Shown: in pieces, positions 12,201 to 24,460 of the stretch | Layout: each line of letters opens with the position of its first letter | How positions within the stretch are numbered: the first letter of the stretch is position 1 | Assembly: GCF_902652985.1 (NCBI RefSeq) | Contig: NC_047029.1 | Location: 38,440,001-38,504,000, forward strand | DNA length: 64,000 nt | Direction: 5' to 3' | Source: Pecten maximus | Lineage: Eukaryota | Made by a program: the position numbers and the translations under genes | The notes under the pieces: generated by a model | The model's input: the letters and a program-made list of their open reading frames with translations, nothing else | What the model was told of the DNA's origin: nothing | Database searches by the model: none

Positions 12201-15200
12201 GACTGAAACATCCGGGACAGCACATCACGGATCCAATCACATTCTGAGAACTCTTTATCATCCAGAAATCTATCATAATAATAGAAAGTCGTTTGCAGAT
12301 TTATTCAGTTGACATTCATTAAATGAAATGAAAATTGTTAATCCACTCACATTGCAGCTGAAATGTTTTAATTGCGATGGAGATTGATCTACAATATCGC
12401 ACTGATGCAGTTTACGACTCACTGCAAAAATATTTTTGGAAGGAAATTTCTCAAGATAAACACAGCTGTTATAGTTTTCTCTGAAGTCTTACTTCAGATT
12501 TCAAAGAATTTCAAAGTATTGTGCAATAAACACAAGCGGATGATACCCCTGAATCACGGTTTAGGTATGTATAAGTTCAAGGAGTAGTGAGTTTGCAGCC
12601 AGCCGGGATCGAACCCTCGACCATCGGGTTACTGGTCCGCCGCTCTACCGACTGAGCTAAAAGGAAATCCCCCCAGCCCGAAGCTAGAAGGCGACCATAC
12701 AACTATGTACAGTATTTACAATTAAAACACTGCTACAGGTATATAAATTATGTGTGGTTAATGATAATGAACCTACCTTTGGCAAATTCAAACATTTGAA
12801 GCCAGAGAATTGGATGTCTGTAAAGTCCAGTTGGATAGGTCCTACCACAGACTCCTCCAACATCCGGGTTCTCTTTACAAGCATCCACAACTGCAAGGAC
12901 TGCGTCATCGTCGAATGACATGTCGGCGTCTGTCATGAGGATGTAATCGTCCATAGATTTTGATAAATGAGGCCCAGAAGTATTGGACATGGATAGAGAC
13001 ACAGAGAAAATAGTACTATCCTGTGTATGGATTTCCAATGGGGTTTCCTTCACAAACAAATCACTTCCGGCTCGACTCGGAGTCTCACTTGGGTAAAAAC
13101 TGCCATCGTTTGATGCCATGTCGATTGTGAAATTGTCAGCCGAATTGCTGTCCGTGTCGTCCCCGGCATGATTAAGGATAATGTCGGGAATGTCCAAAAA
13201 GTTACCGCTAGAATATGTCGAATTTTCTTTACCTGTACCATTGGACAAATAATAGTCATTTAACCTATCCAAAGAACCTGTAGAACCATATGCAAATGAG
13301 GGATTAGAGGACATGGTTTTTGATTCGTATGGAGTCTGTGTACCTCCCCATTTAGACCTGTATTTGAGGACATACTCTAAATACATCACCTGGCTCCATC
13401 GCTTCTTTGCCTTGACCTTTTGTGTGTCTTTAAGGTGTATAAATAATGGAGTACCACATTCTAACACCCAGTGTAATTGTATCCCATAAGGTGTGTATAG
13501 CAGTATACCAGACTCGGGTCGAAGTTCAATCCTTTCCTCCACTAAAGATAATAACTGTTTCCCAAAGTCTTTCATTTCCTTACCATCCGCTCCATTGTCA
13601 AGGAATATGTGAGATTCTATGTAGATATTTTTCTCCTTGAGTTTCTGTGATGTTATTACACAATCTAAGCTTCTAAGAAGCCTGTCCATTTCGTGTTCCG
13701 CCTCTTGGTACATTGTAGTACAAATATAAACTCTTGATGGTTTGTTCCTATCGCGTGAATCCTGTTCGTGAGTATGTTTTCTAAATATTTTCTGTTGTAT
13801 CAACAAAAACTGGAGAAGGAGTACGGAGTTGTAACGATACAATGTTTTTTCTTCTTTAGTAGTTCCTGGATTCTTCTCAAATTTGCGAAAGCACTGAGGT
13901 ATCATCATCAAGCAAATTGGCAGCAATGTAAGAATACCACACATAATAAACACAGCTATTAGATCAGAGGTTACTGGTATATAACTCAGGAATGAATCAA
14001 ACATTTCAAAATTGACCTTTCCGTGTTCTATAAGGATTACAAAAAACAATGAAATGAATAAAGGAGACAAAAGCCAGGGGCAGAACTTGGATAATGGTGA
14101 TTTAGTTGGGACCATGTACGACGCCAATGAAATAAACGAAAAAGAGATATGTACAACAATTAATATATGTAAATTTTCTAAACTACTAAATACTTGAAAG
14201 CCCTTAATTAACTGTCGAAAATCAAGGGAAATGGATCCGATAGTGTCAGTGTTAAAGCACATGAAACAAAACAATAGATATGTTAACATCCTCAGCGATC
14301 CGTATAATAATGATGTGTTATGAAATGAAGCATCCGAGTGTCCATGGATGTGTTTTAGGGCGGGCTCATACAGGTTTATAGACGCTCCGATAAGTAAGAA
14401 TGGCAACATGGCGGATTGGTATGGTAGAAGTATGTCCGAGGTAGATAGGAAGATACTTGATACGATCCCAGCTACAAAGATGGTCATGCAGCAAAATATC
14501 CGCAATGTAGGTTCCATACACGTGTAGACATGTTTGTTTCTAATCGCCTGAGAAAACAAATACTGCTTGTTAAAACCCAATATGGATACATCAATGTTGC
14601 AACAAATGTTTATAATGTTGTACGTTGTCGAACAAACATTTAAAAATAAAGTCATTGATATCCCTCATGCCCTACTGTATCACGTATAATTTCAACTTTA
14701 GAGTGACGAACTCGGGTTATTTCTAATTAACCTCAGAGTATATAGCTATAATACAATAAGGTATTTAACACTAAATACCCAGATGTCGCATGTCTCATTC
14801 CCAACATGGGACGCTACTCTGAGGTATTCTAAGTTTTTGTACTTTCTTACCCCCCCCCCCCCCCCCCCCCCCCCACACACACACACCCACCCCCACACCC
14901 CCATCAAATTAAACTCAATTGTATTTATGATTTGGATGTTATAGACACAGACGCATTGACCACAGCACTAACGGGTACACCACCTACCTTGACTGACTGT
15001 GAGAGTTCCGGCAGCAGTGAGAAGTTCAGTATCGGCAACATTATGTAGCACGGCATCCGGGGCAGGATAACGTATGTCAGCATTGATATGCAGCTAGCCT
15101 CAATTATACTAAGGATGATACCCTGAATAAAAAAAGTGGTAACTAGACAATACTAAATTAGCTCTCAGTATGTTGGAATAAAAATTCCTCTTATTATTTG

Positions 15201-18200
15201 TTATTTTCAAGACATACCAAAATATTTCGACCACAATTGTTACTTTAATCTGTTTGGTTCATGGACAGGAATCTCATCTCAAATGTGATATAAAAGTGTT
15301 TTAAAAAGTTATGACATCTAATATTTACTACGTTCATAAAATAAAACAAAAAGGAAATTGTTCATGAGTCTAACTCCTTCTCATTAATTTCCCGATATTG
15401 AATATGTGATGAACAGTCTTTCGCGCTCTCCAGAAAATTAACGATTACAATGCAATATAATTCTTTGACGAATTATTGATATGAAAGAAATTGTAAATAA
15501 CGGTCGCAGTCCATCATGGCAACTTACACTACATATCCCCCGGAACAATGGCCATTGTTTCATTTTCCCATCATTCAGGAAGGAGGCACACCATAGTATT
15601 TGTATGATATGGACGAGCTCTGGTATAAGAAGCACGACGCCAACGCAGACGTACCTAAAATAATGTAAAATTATAACTTAAATTCACAGTGCTAATTTAC
15701 ACGTGCCTGAAATAATGTCAAATTACCACATAGCTTCACAGTGTTTAATTTACACGTACCCAACATACTGTCAAATTATAACCTTGTTTAATGTACAGGT
15801 ACCTTAAATTATATCAAATTATGAAATAACTTCACAGTGTTTATCAACAGGGACCTAAAATAATATCAGATCATAAACGTGACCTCAAAGTGTTGAATTG
15901 ATGTCAAATTATAAACGTTACATCAAAACGTTCAATCTACATGTACCTAAACTAATGTCAAATTATCACAAGATTTCACAGTGTTTAATTTACAAATACA
16001 TGTACCTCAAATAATGCCAAATTATAATATAACTTCAGTGTTTATCAACACGAACCTAAAATATTTTCAAATCATAAACGTAACAGCAAAGTGACAATTA
16101 ACATGTACTGAAACTAATATCGAATTATAAACGTGACATCAAAGTGCTTAGTTTACATGTACTTGAACTAATGTCAAACTATAAATGTGACATCAAAGTA
16201 CTCGCTTACAGGTACCGAAAGTAATGTCAAATTATAAACGTGACATCAACGTGTTTAATTTACGCGTACCTAAAATAATGTCAAATCATAAACGTGACAT
16301 CACTGTGTTTAATCTATATGTAACTAAATTACTTTCAAATCAAAAACGTGACATCAAAGTATTTAATAAACATATACCTAAACTAATGTTAAATATAACG
16401 TGACAGATTTTTTTATTTACATGCTCCTTAAATAATGTTAAATATATAACTTCACGGTGTTTACTTTACACGTACACGTACCTAAAATGTTGTAAAATTA
16501 TAAACTTTACATTAAAATGTTTAATTTACACGAACATAAATTAATGTCAAATTAAATCGTTACATCCAAGTATTTAATTTACACGTATCTAAAATAATGT
16601 CAAATTAAATCGTGATATCCACGTGATTAATTTACACGTATCTAAAATAATGTCAAATTAAATCGTGATATCCAAGTGATTAATTTACACGTACCTAAAA
16701 TATTGTCAAATAATAAACGTTACATCAAAGAGTGTGATTAACGTATACATAATATAATTTCAAAAAATAAACGCGAAAAGGGTTTGATTTACATGAACAT
16801 ATTATACCTAAATTAAATCGAAAAGTTAACACAAATTGTGTTAAACATAAACACAAAAACTGTGTCGTTTTGGAAAAGGAGAATTACCAAATATTTAAGG
16901 CACATGTACCCGTGAACTAATCAGTGTGATAGGAGTGATAATTTGAATTTCCGCATTGTTAATTTTCCATTTCTAGATAGCAACATATTTGCATCCCGTA
17001 CCTACGGTGTTCAAGGGGTTGATCCTATCATTACGATTTTCATGACATCTGTATACTACTGACGGGGATATTGCACAAGGTTTCGAGACATGCATGTTGA
17101 TGAAGATCATTGGAAAGTTTTAAAGCCGACCTGTTGACCCAGTTATTCAAAAGGTAATTAGGCTTGACAAAATTTTACGAAACTATAACATTCACCAGTC
17201 TCTTCCTACCAGTCTATTTTAAGGAATATACACAAACAGGTTTAGATTTAAAGGAGAGACGAGATTTCCAATGTTTGTGGGTTAACTAATCACGGTTTGA
17301 AAAACTTGACCCTGGTCTTAATCTGCTTGTATCGTTTCAGTGTTCTCCATGAAAGTCTTTACTTTAGCTTATATTTTGCCCTAGTTCAATCGATTTGGGG
17401 TTTGAATTATAGTTTGATTATTATGTAAATATTCTTTGTTGTTTTCACATATCCGCACTTTTTCTATATCATTACGTCTTTTTATTTATGCATTTCAAAA
17501 TTTCAAGGGACCAAACATTTTTGCCCAGATACCCTCTATGATTAACATGTTGTTTCAATCTGATACCATAGCAACGAACTCTTTTGAAATACCCCAAGTA
17601 CTTGAATACGCATATGTATTAATCTTATTTATTTGTTTTTGTACATTGTAATCGTTTTGAAACGGCCGCCATTCAACCCCACATGACAACATTATATCCT
17701 TCATTAACAATATAACTACGTGCTCGAGAGTAATTAGCATTGTCGAAACGTAATTATAATGATATACTGGACATAACAAAAGGATAGTAGAGTCAGTAAA
17801 AACAACATCTAGACATACATAGAAATAAATTATAATGAAGTACCTTGTGCGTTTTTTTTGGTATTGTTTGTACCAGCTGTATACTTCGTGGGGCAGATTT
17901 ATCTTACATGGAACATTTGGAAAACACGACGAATCTTCTTTGTGTACTCAACCTGAATTGTTACAATGAGGGATTATCAAGTTAGGTTCCATTCACTGAT
18001 ATTTGTAATAGTTACATACCAGATTTCCTGACCAGTGCTATCCTTTCTGCCAAGTGCCAAGACAATAGCCAGCTGAGCAAGAAAGATGATCAGCAGAAGG
18101 ATGAATGTAAATCCAAGTTGTACCAACACCTGAAAAACAGGTAATCATTATGATCACTAGCAGAAAATACCTATACAATACGTATGTATCGTAGTCACAG

Positions 18201-19026
18201 TACCGGGACAAGTAGTCTAGAGTCTTAACGATACTTTGGCATGATATAAAGCTTTGTAATTTAAATGATATAAAGTTTCGTAACTTAAAGACCCGCTACG
18301 ATATTCACATGTAAAATGTATGTCCATTTTCAGAGAAATGACTCTAAAATTGAATCAATCAAAAGTACCTTGCATGGTTAATTAATTAATTGTTAAGGAG
18401 ATATTGACATTTTTTTTTTTTTTTTCGCCAAACATTATTACCTCACGATTTTAAACATACAACAATTTTATTCCTCGCGTAATACCCAAGGTAGAAGAAA
18501 CTTTCAATTTATATACACAAAATCAAAACAGAGGACGTTTTTGTGAGGAATAGCGTAGACCTTATGTAACATCAAATTTCCAGTAAACAAAACTGTTGAA
18601 ACAATTATTGAATTAATTGCTACATTAAAATGTAAAGACAACAATCGAACACGTAGGATGTATTTTGTACAGATTAGCCGAAAACGTTAATCTTATTTTA
18701 AGGCGTTTTTGACGTCGACCAGTATTTTGCTACAATATATCGATATCACATTATTGTAATAAAGATTACAAACGTATACGATAAATAAAACTTATCGGAT
18801 AGTAATGATGCGACTTTACAGCTATGCGATACCCCAGGGTATAAACCTGGTCTTTGTAAAAATATACAGATAATTAGTTATAACAATACTATACTATAAA
18901 GATATCCCATGATTTTACTTTAAATTGTGCACTCTTATTTATCATAAAGTTATGTGCCGTGAGAAAATATTTAGGAAATACATTTGCGAAACGTCCACTT
19001 ACCTTGCAGACTTTGGATGGATTCAT
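9261..19026 (-). CDS. CHS: Chitin synthase (GT2), about 1178 aa, 11 coding exons, no myosin motor domain
   Basis: Exons 19026-19003, 18129-18020, 17952-17908, 15654-15528, 15122-14988, 14547-12777, 12269-12114, 11765-11271, 11027-10816, 10121-10031, 9631-9261 join in frame (3537 nt). Motifs CTTMYQE, KKRWSQVMY, MTDAD, CCPGCFSLFR, GEDRW, QRRRW and SWGTR, plus multi-TM N- and C-terminal regions. The start ATG is inferred; the exon acceptor is at 19053 and a likely 5'UTR exon lies near 20080. Confidence 0.9.
12594..12666 (-). pseudogene. tRNA-like sequence (pseudo-tRNA or SINE head) in a CHS intron
   Basis: TAGCTCAGTCGGTAGAGC D-arm/A-box and GGTTCGATCC T-arm/B-box are intact. The acceptor stem does not pair, the anticodon stem is broken, and C sits where U33 is expected. 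Confidence 0.7.
15649..16820. repeat. Degenerate 53-54-bp tandem array (about 21 units) in a CHS intron, first unit overlapping the 3' splice site
   Basis: Consensus ACGTACCTAAAATAATGTCAAATTATAAACGTGACATCAAAGTGTTTAATTTAC; the unit at 15649-15665 contains the acceptor AG (15656-15655). Confidence 0.8.
16925..17190 (+). mobile_element. Penelope-like retroelement RT remnant
   Basis: From 16925 it translates to CDRSDNLNFRIVNFPFLDSNIFASRTYGV, resembling the D-K-R-D-D-F-N-F-x-I-V-N-F-P-F-L-x-S-N-I-P...Y-G-V stretch I recall for Penelope-like RTs. Downstream frames are broken. Confidence 0.6.
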
Positions 19027-21696
19027 TTCTAAAATCAACAGTGAAGTGGCCACCTGAAGATAAAATGATAGAATTTAACATGTATGGTATACCGTTTATC
19101 GGGGTTTATCTACTTTTCACTTTAATCTGACATGCTGGTTTGTACGTGTCCGTCAGATGTTTCTGTCTTCGGTCAGGAAACGAAATAACAAATACTCTGT
19201 CGCAATGGTAAGTAAATAAACTCCATTACACAATGTAATAGCACCGCTTTAGTCGTCCTTGATTGTCGCCGAACAAATATCCCATGGTCATTTTTTTCGA
19301 AAAAAAAAAGGATGTAGTCCTCAATGGTCTCCTTTGTTGCTCACATCAATGTTCAATGATATATCCAGATGTACGTGATACAAGTCTACAGCAGTTTATG
19401 TCACGATGATTTTTCTGGGCGAGCATTCTTCAGTATCGTGTCATCATCACTCTAACATGTATACAATGGGATCTCTCAGGAAATCAGGAACTAGCCAAGT
19501 TACAAATATACAGCAATGATTCCATGTCAATGTTTGTCTACCAAATCCTGTCCGGAGACTGAATTCTTACAGTCAATCACAGCTTACACTGTCAAAATAC
19601 TTTTAAAGAAAAATGTGAATTGAATTGAAAAAAAAAGCGTTGCTTTTTATACATGTTTAACTATATTTGTTAATTATTTATTCTACTTTTATCATTTTAC
19701 GTATTGTTATACGAAATACAGCACAACCTTTCAAAATAGTTGTCATCAAATTGGAATTTATATACATGTAACAAAAACAAGTAAATAAATAATTCTCAAA
19801 TGATGTCAGTAGTAAATGTATTTGTGATACTTCAATATTTATATAAATTTCTGATTTTCTATTCCAATGACGCATATCAATACAAAAGATTGACTGGATA
19901 GGTCAGTTGATTTATACCAAATATTCCAGTATTCACCAGCCACAAACATGGGCAGAACTAAAATGTATAGATACATATAGAATTCACGGATAGTTACTTG
20001 CGTTCGCCCTTTGTGAATGCCCAGCTTACCTCCGTATTGTTACATCACTATAACTAATATAGTTTTTTTCTGCCTTACCTGGTCTCTGTATGACGGAATA
20101 TAAAGGAGAACGTCGCCCTGTACCCAGTATAGATAACGTAGGTGTGATCTTCCTGTCGTGGTATCCAACTCCTTTGTTCCTATATCGTAGGAAGATTAAT
20201 TTGGTATACGCCTGTTTTCAGGAGATGGTTCACGCGTTAAACTTCATAAAGTCACGGAACACGTATCTATTTCATAATCAGAGTGATGTTTGCTTTCCAA
20301 TTATAATTTACGTTATGCAATTCATGTTTAATTTCGCTATTTTCCCTGTTTAAATGTATTTTCATAACTCAGCATAGCTCCGTTGCTATCGAAATCAGAC
20401 AGCAGTCATATCAGTCATGAATGCCGCATTGTTGATCTCATTACTATGATTTAGATCGTTCGTATAGCATACGTTGCCAAAGATTCGATAAATAAGCACT
20501 AACATGAGTTTTCGATCCCCTTATTGCTACATTACTATAAACTCCGTCATCTTTAACTTTGATAACTCGAAGTGAAATGTTCCGTCAGTAAAAGTTCTAT
20601 AAACACTCGGATACGTCGAATACCCCGGTGTCTTTACACCACACGCCTTGTGACGTCACTAAATAAAAAGGAACGGTCAGCCTGTCAGTTAAAATGTTAA
20701 TTTTTTTTATTATTATTTGTTTTAGAAAATATTATTGTAATGTGATAAATATACCTTATCGTCCATTTTATACATAATTTGTATAATATGTAATGATTGT
20801 TTCCCCTATAAACTAGCTTGAATCTTCGATAGAGTTGTGTCTAAAATATTTGAAGAGCTCGATGCGTGTTCGATTATACAACTAAAACAGATACTGCAGA
20901 GTTGAACAGTAGACACTCCCATCGTCTCTTTGAGAAGAGTTTGTATGATGAAAAGTTTATTTAAGAACGGAAAATTGATATCAAGTGAAATAGGGTCAAG
21001 CAGACAAGCCGATTCATAAAGAAATGGAATATTGTTGCAGTTATGACCATCTTACATGTATGATAAATATGCATTATAAAGCTGTTCCGTAATCAAGATG
21101 TTGAGAAGGGAAGATTCCAAATATATACGTTGCTTTATAGACAATGCCCTGACCTGTGATGGACAATAAACAATGATTAAGGGTTACATACATCTAGGCT
21201 GTGAGCGTGATGGGGCGTTACTGACATTGCGGTATGTTATCAGAGGGTGGCAGTGTCAACAACACGTTCGGATGTGAGGCTGGCCGCTACCTTTACATAA
21301 CGATAAACACGTCATTTACCAAACCTTTGATGGCCCTGAAACAGACATACAGGTTCCTCGGGAATTCAACAGCGACTTTGTATACCAGATTTCTTTTTGA
21401 TGGACTAAACCTGAGAAACACGGAAACAAAACTAAGGATATGGCGGTAATTCCCTGTTTGTTTTTGCTGCACCCTAGCCCATGGAAAGTTTATTTACCTA
21501 AAAAAACTGTTACCGTCAATTACTAAAGTTTACTTTCTACGTAAAGTATAGACGGGGTTAAAAGGATGAACCACGAAATAATATTGATAGGGTGTATAAT
21601 GTACGTCAAGTTGGGTCCAAAGTTCAGTATTCAAAAACTTGTATTAAAGACACACAAGTGGGAAGCACCTAAAATATGAATCTAGATGTAGCAGAT

Positions 21697-22185
21697 GTAG
21701 TATATAAAACTACAGCACACACTCGTTCTATTGTGATCCAATTAGTATGTAAAACTACAGCTAACACATGTCGTTCTTGTGTGATCCAGTTACTGTAAAC
21801 GTAGTTATTTTCGCGGGGGGTTAATTTCGCGATTTCGATATGTAAACTATACGCGTTGGGGTAATTTTTCCGATCGATCAACATTCGTTTGTAGTTTGAG
21901 ATTACGAAAATTGATATCAAAGTAATACGCGTGGTGGAAATTTTCGCGATCAAAAGGACTCCGTCTAATTAGCGTAAATGTTCCCCTCGCGAAAATTTCC
22001 ACGTTTACAGTAGCATATAAAACTACAACACACACTCGTCATTCTGGTGTGCTCGAATTAGTATATAAAACTACAGCATACACACTCGTCGTTCTAGTGT
22101 GATGCAATTAGTATATAAAACTACAGCAAACACCTGTTATTTTAGTGTGATCTAATTAGTATTAAAACCACAGGAAGCATTCGTC
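21697..22185. repeat. 45-50-bp tandem array (about 6 units) interrupted by a MITE
   Basis: Unit GTATATAAAACTACAGCACACACTCGT...GTGATCCAATTA on both sides of 21793-22010. Confidence 0.75.
21793..22010. mobile_element. Tc1/mariner-type MITE with TA target duplication
   Basis: TA|CTGTAAACGT...ACGTTTACAG|TA; the inverted match extends imperfectly through TTTTCGCG / CGCGAAAA. Confidence 0.85.
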
Positions 22186-22611
22186 GTTATTTGGAAAATC
22201 CGGAAGGCAAAACCATTTCCTTGTTATCAAGGATCATCGAACGTAATTGATACGTTGTTATCAAAGTGTATATTATTTTATTCAAAGCTTATCATTTCCG
22301 CATTAAAGGTCTATAAAGCATTTCGCATAAAACACTCAGCTTGAAGCATTTGTCACTGAACATTGAAAATAACCTTGAAGCATTTATCAATAAGCATTAA
22401 GGATTTAGCCAAAATGGTTTATGCTTAATGGGGAATGTTTTAATGAAATACATTTATATCCTTTGTAACTTGAAAAAACTGAGTGCTCTTCAGATAATTC
22501 CTTTTAGTATAATTATCTTGAATTAGGATTTTCTTCGTTAACAGCAGAGTTGCCTTATGTAGGAATATCCTGCATCACTTACTGCATTACCATCCAATTT
22601 GTGGCTGAATG

Positions 22612-23223
22612 TCCCTGGCGATAGTCCTGACATAACGTGGGCGTATCCCTGGCGATAGTCCTGACATAACGTGGGCGTATCCCTGGCAGTAGTCCTGACA
22701 TAACGTGGGCGTATCCCTGGCAGTAGTCCTGACATAACGTGGGCGTATCCCTGGCAGTAGTCCTGACATAACGTGGGCGTATCCCTGGCGATAGTCCTGG
22801 CATAACGTGGGCGTATCCCTGGCAATAGTCCTGACATAACGTGGGCGTATCCCTGGCAGTAGTCCTGACATAACGTGGGCGTATCCCTGGCAATAGTCCT
22901 GACATAACGTGGGCGTATCCCTGGCAGTAGTCCTGACATAACGTGGGCGTATCCCTGGCGATAGTCCTGACATAACGTGGGCGTATCCCTGGCAGTAGTC
23001 CTGACATAACGTGGGCGTATCCCTGGCAGTAGTCCTGACATAACGTGGGCGTATCCCTGGCAATAGTCCTGACATAACGTGGGCGTATCCCTGGCAGTAG
23101 TCCTGACATAACGTGGGCGTATCCCTGGCAATAGTCCTGACATAACGTGGGCGTATCCCTGGCAGTAGTCCTGACATAACGTGGGCGTATCCCTGGCAGT
23201 AGTCCTGACATAACGTGGGCGTA
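22612..23223. repeat. Homogeneous 34-bp minisatellite, 18 units
   Basis: Unit GTCCTGACATAACGTGGGCGTATCCCTGGC(AG/GA/AA)TA; produces the 34-aa periodic ORFs in all three minus frames. Confidence 0.95.
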
Positions 23224-23279
23224 CAAAGATTGACCCCTTACCAGCCGAATGGAAGGTACTATAACCTCAGAATGTTCAA

Positions 23280-24048
23280 AGTTAACAGTCAGACATATCT
23301 TTAACGACCAGTGTATTCAAAAGCGGACAAGCGATGATTTAATTCTTGAAAGTCTGTGTGTTATAGAATGATTAGGAAACCTCAGAATGCAAAAATCATA
23401 TTGAAAAGCTAGATCATAGTGACCGGATTACACTTTACCGCTTACCATAAATTTATAATTTGAGCAAGGTGGAAGACAGAATTTACACATATTGTAGTAA
23501 AGGAAAGGTTGGAGACGAGTTTCACTATATTCTTAGCATTTAATAGATTTATCAGTAAAACAAAGTTTTATTTTGAAGATTTATTTTAGGAGAATAAATA
23601 TAATTGAAATTCAATTCTTAATGAATACTAATGATATTGACTGATACTGAAATGTGTAAATTTATCCGATTTATATTTCCACTGTTTTTCCTCCATGATA
23701 AGTTTATAAATGTAGCTATTCCATCAAGTGTGAACACCCTAATTGTATGATAAGTTTATAAATATAGCTATTCCATCAAGTGTGAACACCCTAAATGTAT
23801 GATAAGTTAATAAATGTAGCTATTCCACCAAGTGTGAACACCCTTATTGAATTATAAGTTAATAAATGTAGCTATTCCATCAAGTGTGAACACCCAAATT
23901 GTATGATAAGATAATAAATGTAGTTATTCTATTGAGTGTGAATACCCTTATTGTATGATAAGTTTATAGATGTAGCTATTCCATCATGTCTGGTTACCCT
24001 TATTGTAGGTATATATTCATGTTTGTAAAGAGATTGGAATCAATAAAT
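23280..24048 (+). mobile_element. Degraded LINE (CR1/L2-group-like) ORF2 C-terminus and 3' end
   Basis: 23475-23537 reads DRIYTYCSKGKVGDEFHYILS, a decayed R-x-C-x-x-C...G-D-E-F-H-Y zinc-knuckle stretch; AATAAA near 24043. Boundaries approximate. Confidence 0.55.
23695..24005. repeat. 52-bp tandem array (about 6 units)
   Basis: Unit ATGATAAGTTTATAAATGTAGCTATTCCATCAAGTGTGAACACCCTAATTGT; starts at 23695 and 23747. Confidence 0.85.
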
Positions 24049-24292
24049 AGTTTTATCCTGCAACTGCCACCGCATTGTCGGAATACACCCACCATATATA
24101 TTTTTGCTGTATACGGCAGTGACGGAAAACAGCTGTACATGTATTTTGGAATCTTAGCACGTGCGTCAGTTCGACTGACCTACTTCAAAGTGAAGCAACG
24201 TTTAAAAGGCGAACATATTTCTGTCATTTTTGACACCGCTTCACTTCAAATTGATTATTTTTGATGATTATTTTATGACTGTTGCAGGATAA

Positions 24293-24460
24293 ATAGAATA
24301 CATGGTCAGTGTCTTAAATTATAAGCTGTATTTTTGGCTCGGGACAGAAAGACAAAAGTGTCACATAAGACAAAAGTGTCGCAAAGGCTCGCCACTTTTG
24401 TCTTTCTTTACCCTCGCCAAAATACAGATTATATTTTAAGACACTGACCATGTATTCTCT
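24293..24460. mobile_element. Palindromic MITE-like element
   Basis: AGAATACATGGTCAGTGTCTTAAA.TATAA.CTGTATTTT and its inverse AAAATACAG.TTATA.TTTAAGACACTGACCATGTATTCT; inner AGAAAGACAAAAGTG / CACTTTTGTCTTTCT. Confidence 0.8.

Noticed and set aside
12594-12666. Functional tRNA gene (AGT anticodon)
   Set aside because: Acceptor stem cannot pair, anticodon stem has mismatches, C at position 33; better explained as a SINE head or pseudogene.
20030-20250. Additional N-terminal coding exon of chitin synthase
   Set aside because: A good donor exists near 20078, but the frame joining the 19053 acceptor hits an upstream TAA with no ATG; treated as probable 5'UTR.
21190-21450. Possible plus-strand exons (ORF 21234-21449)
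   Set aside because: No recognisable homology and no consistent multi-exon model.
22538-23226. Three ORFs of about 200 aa
   Set aside because: The same 34-aa peptide in all three frames is an artefact of the stop-free 34-bp unit.
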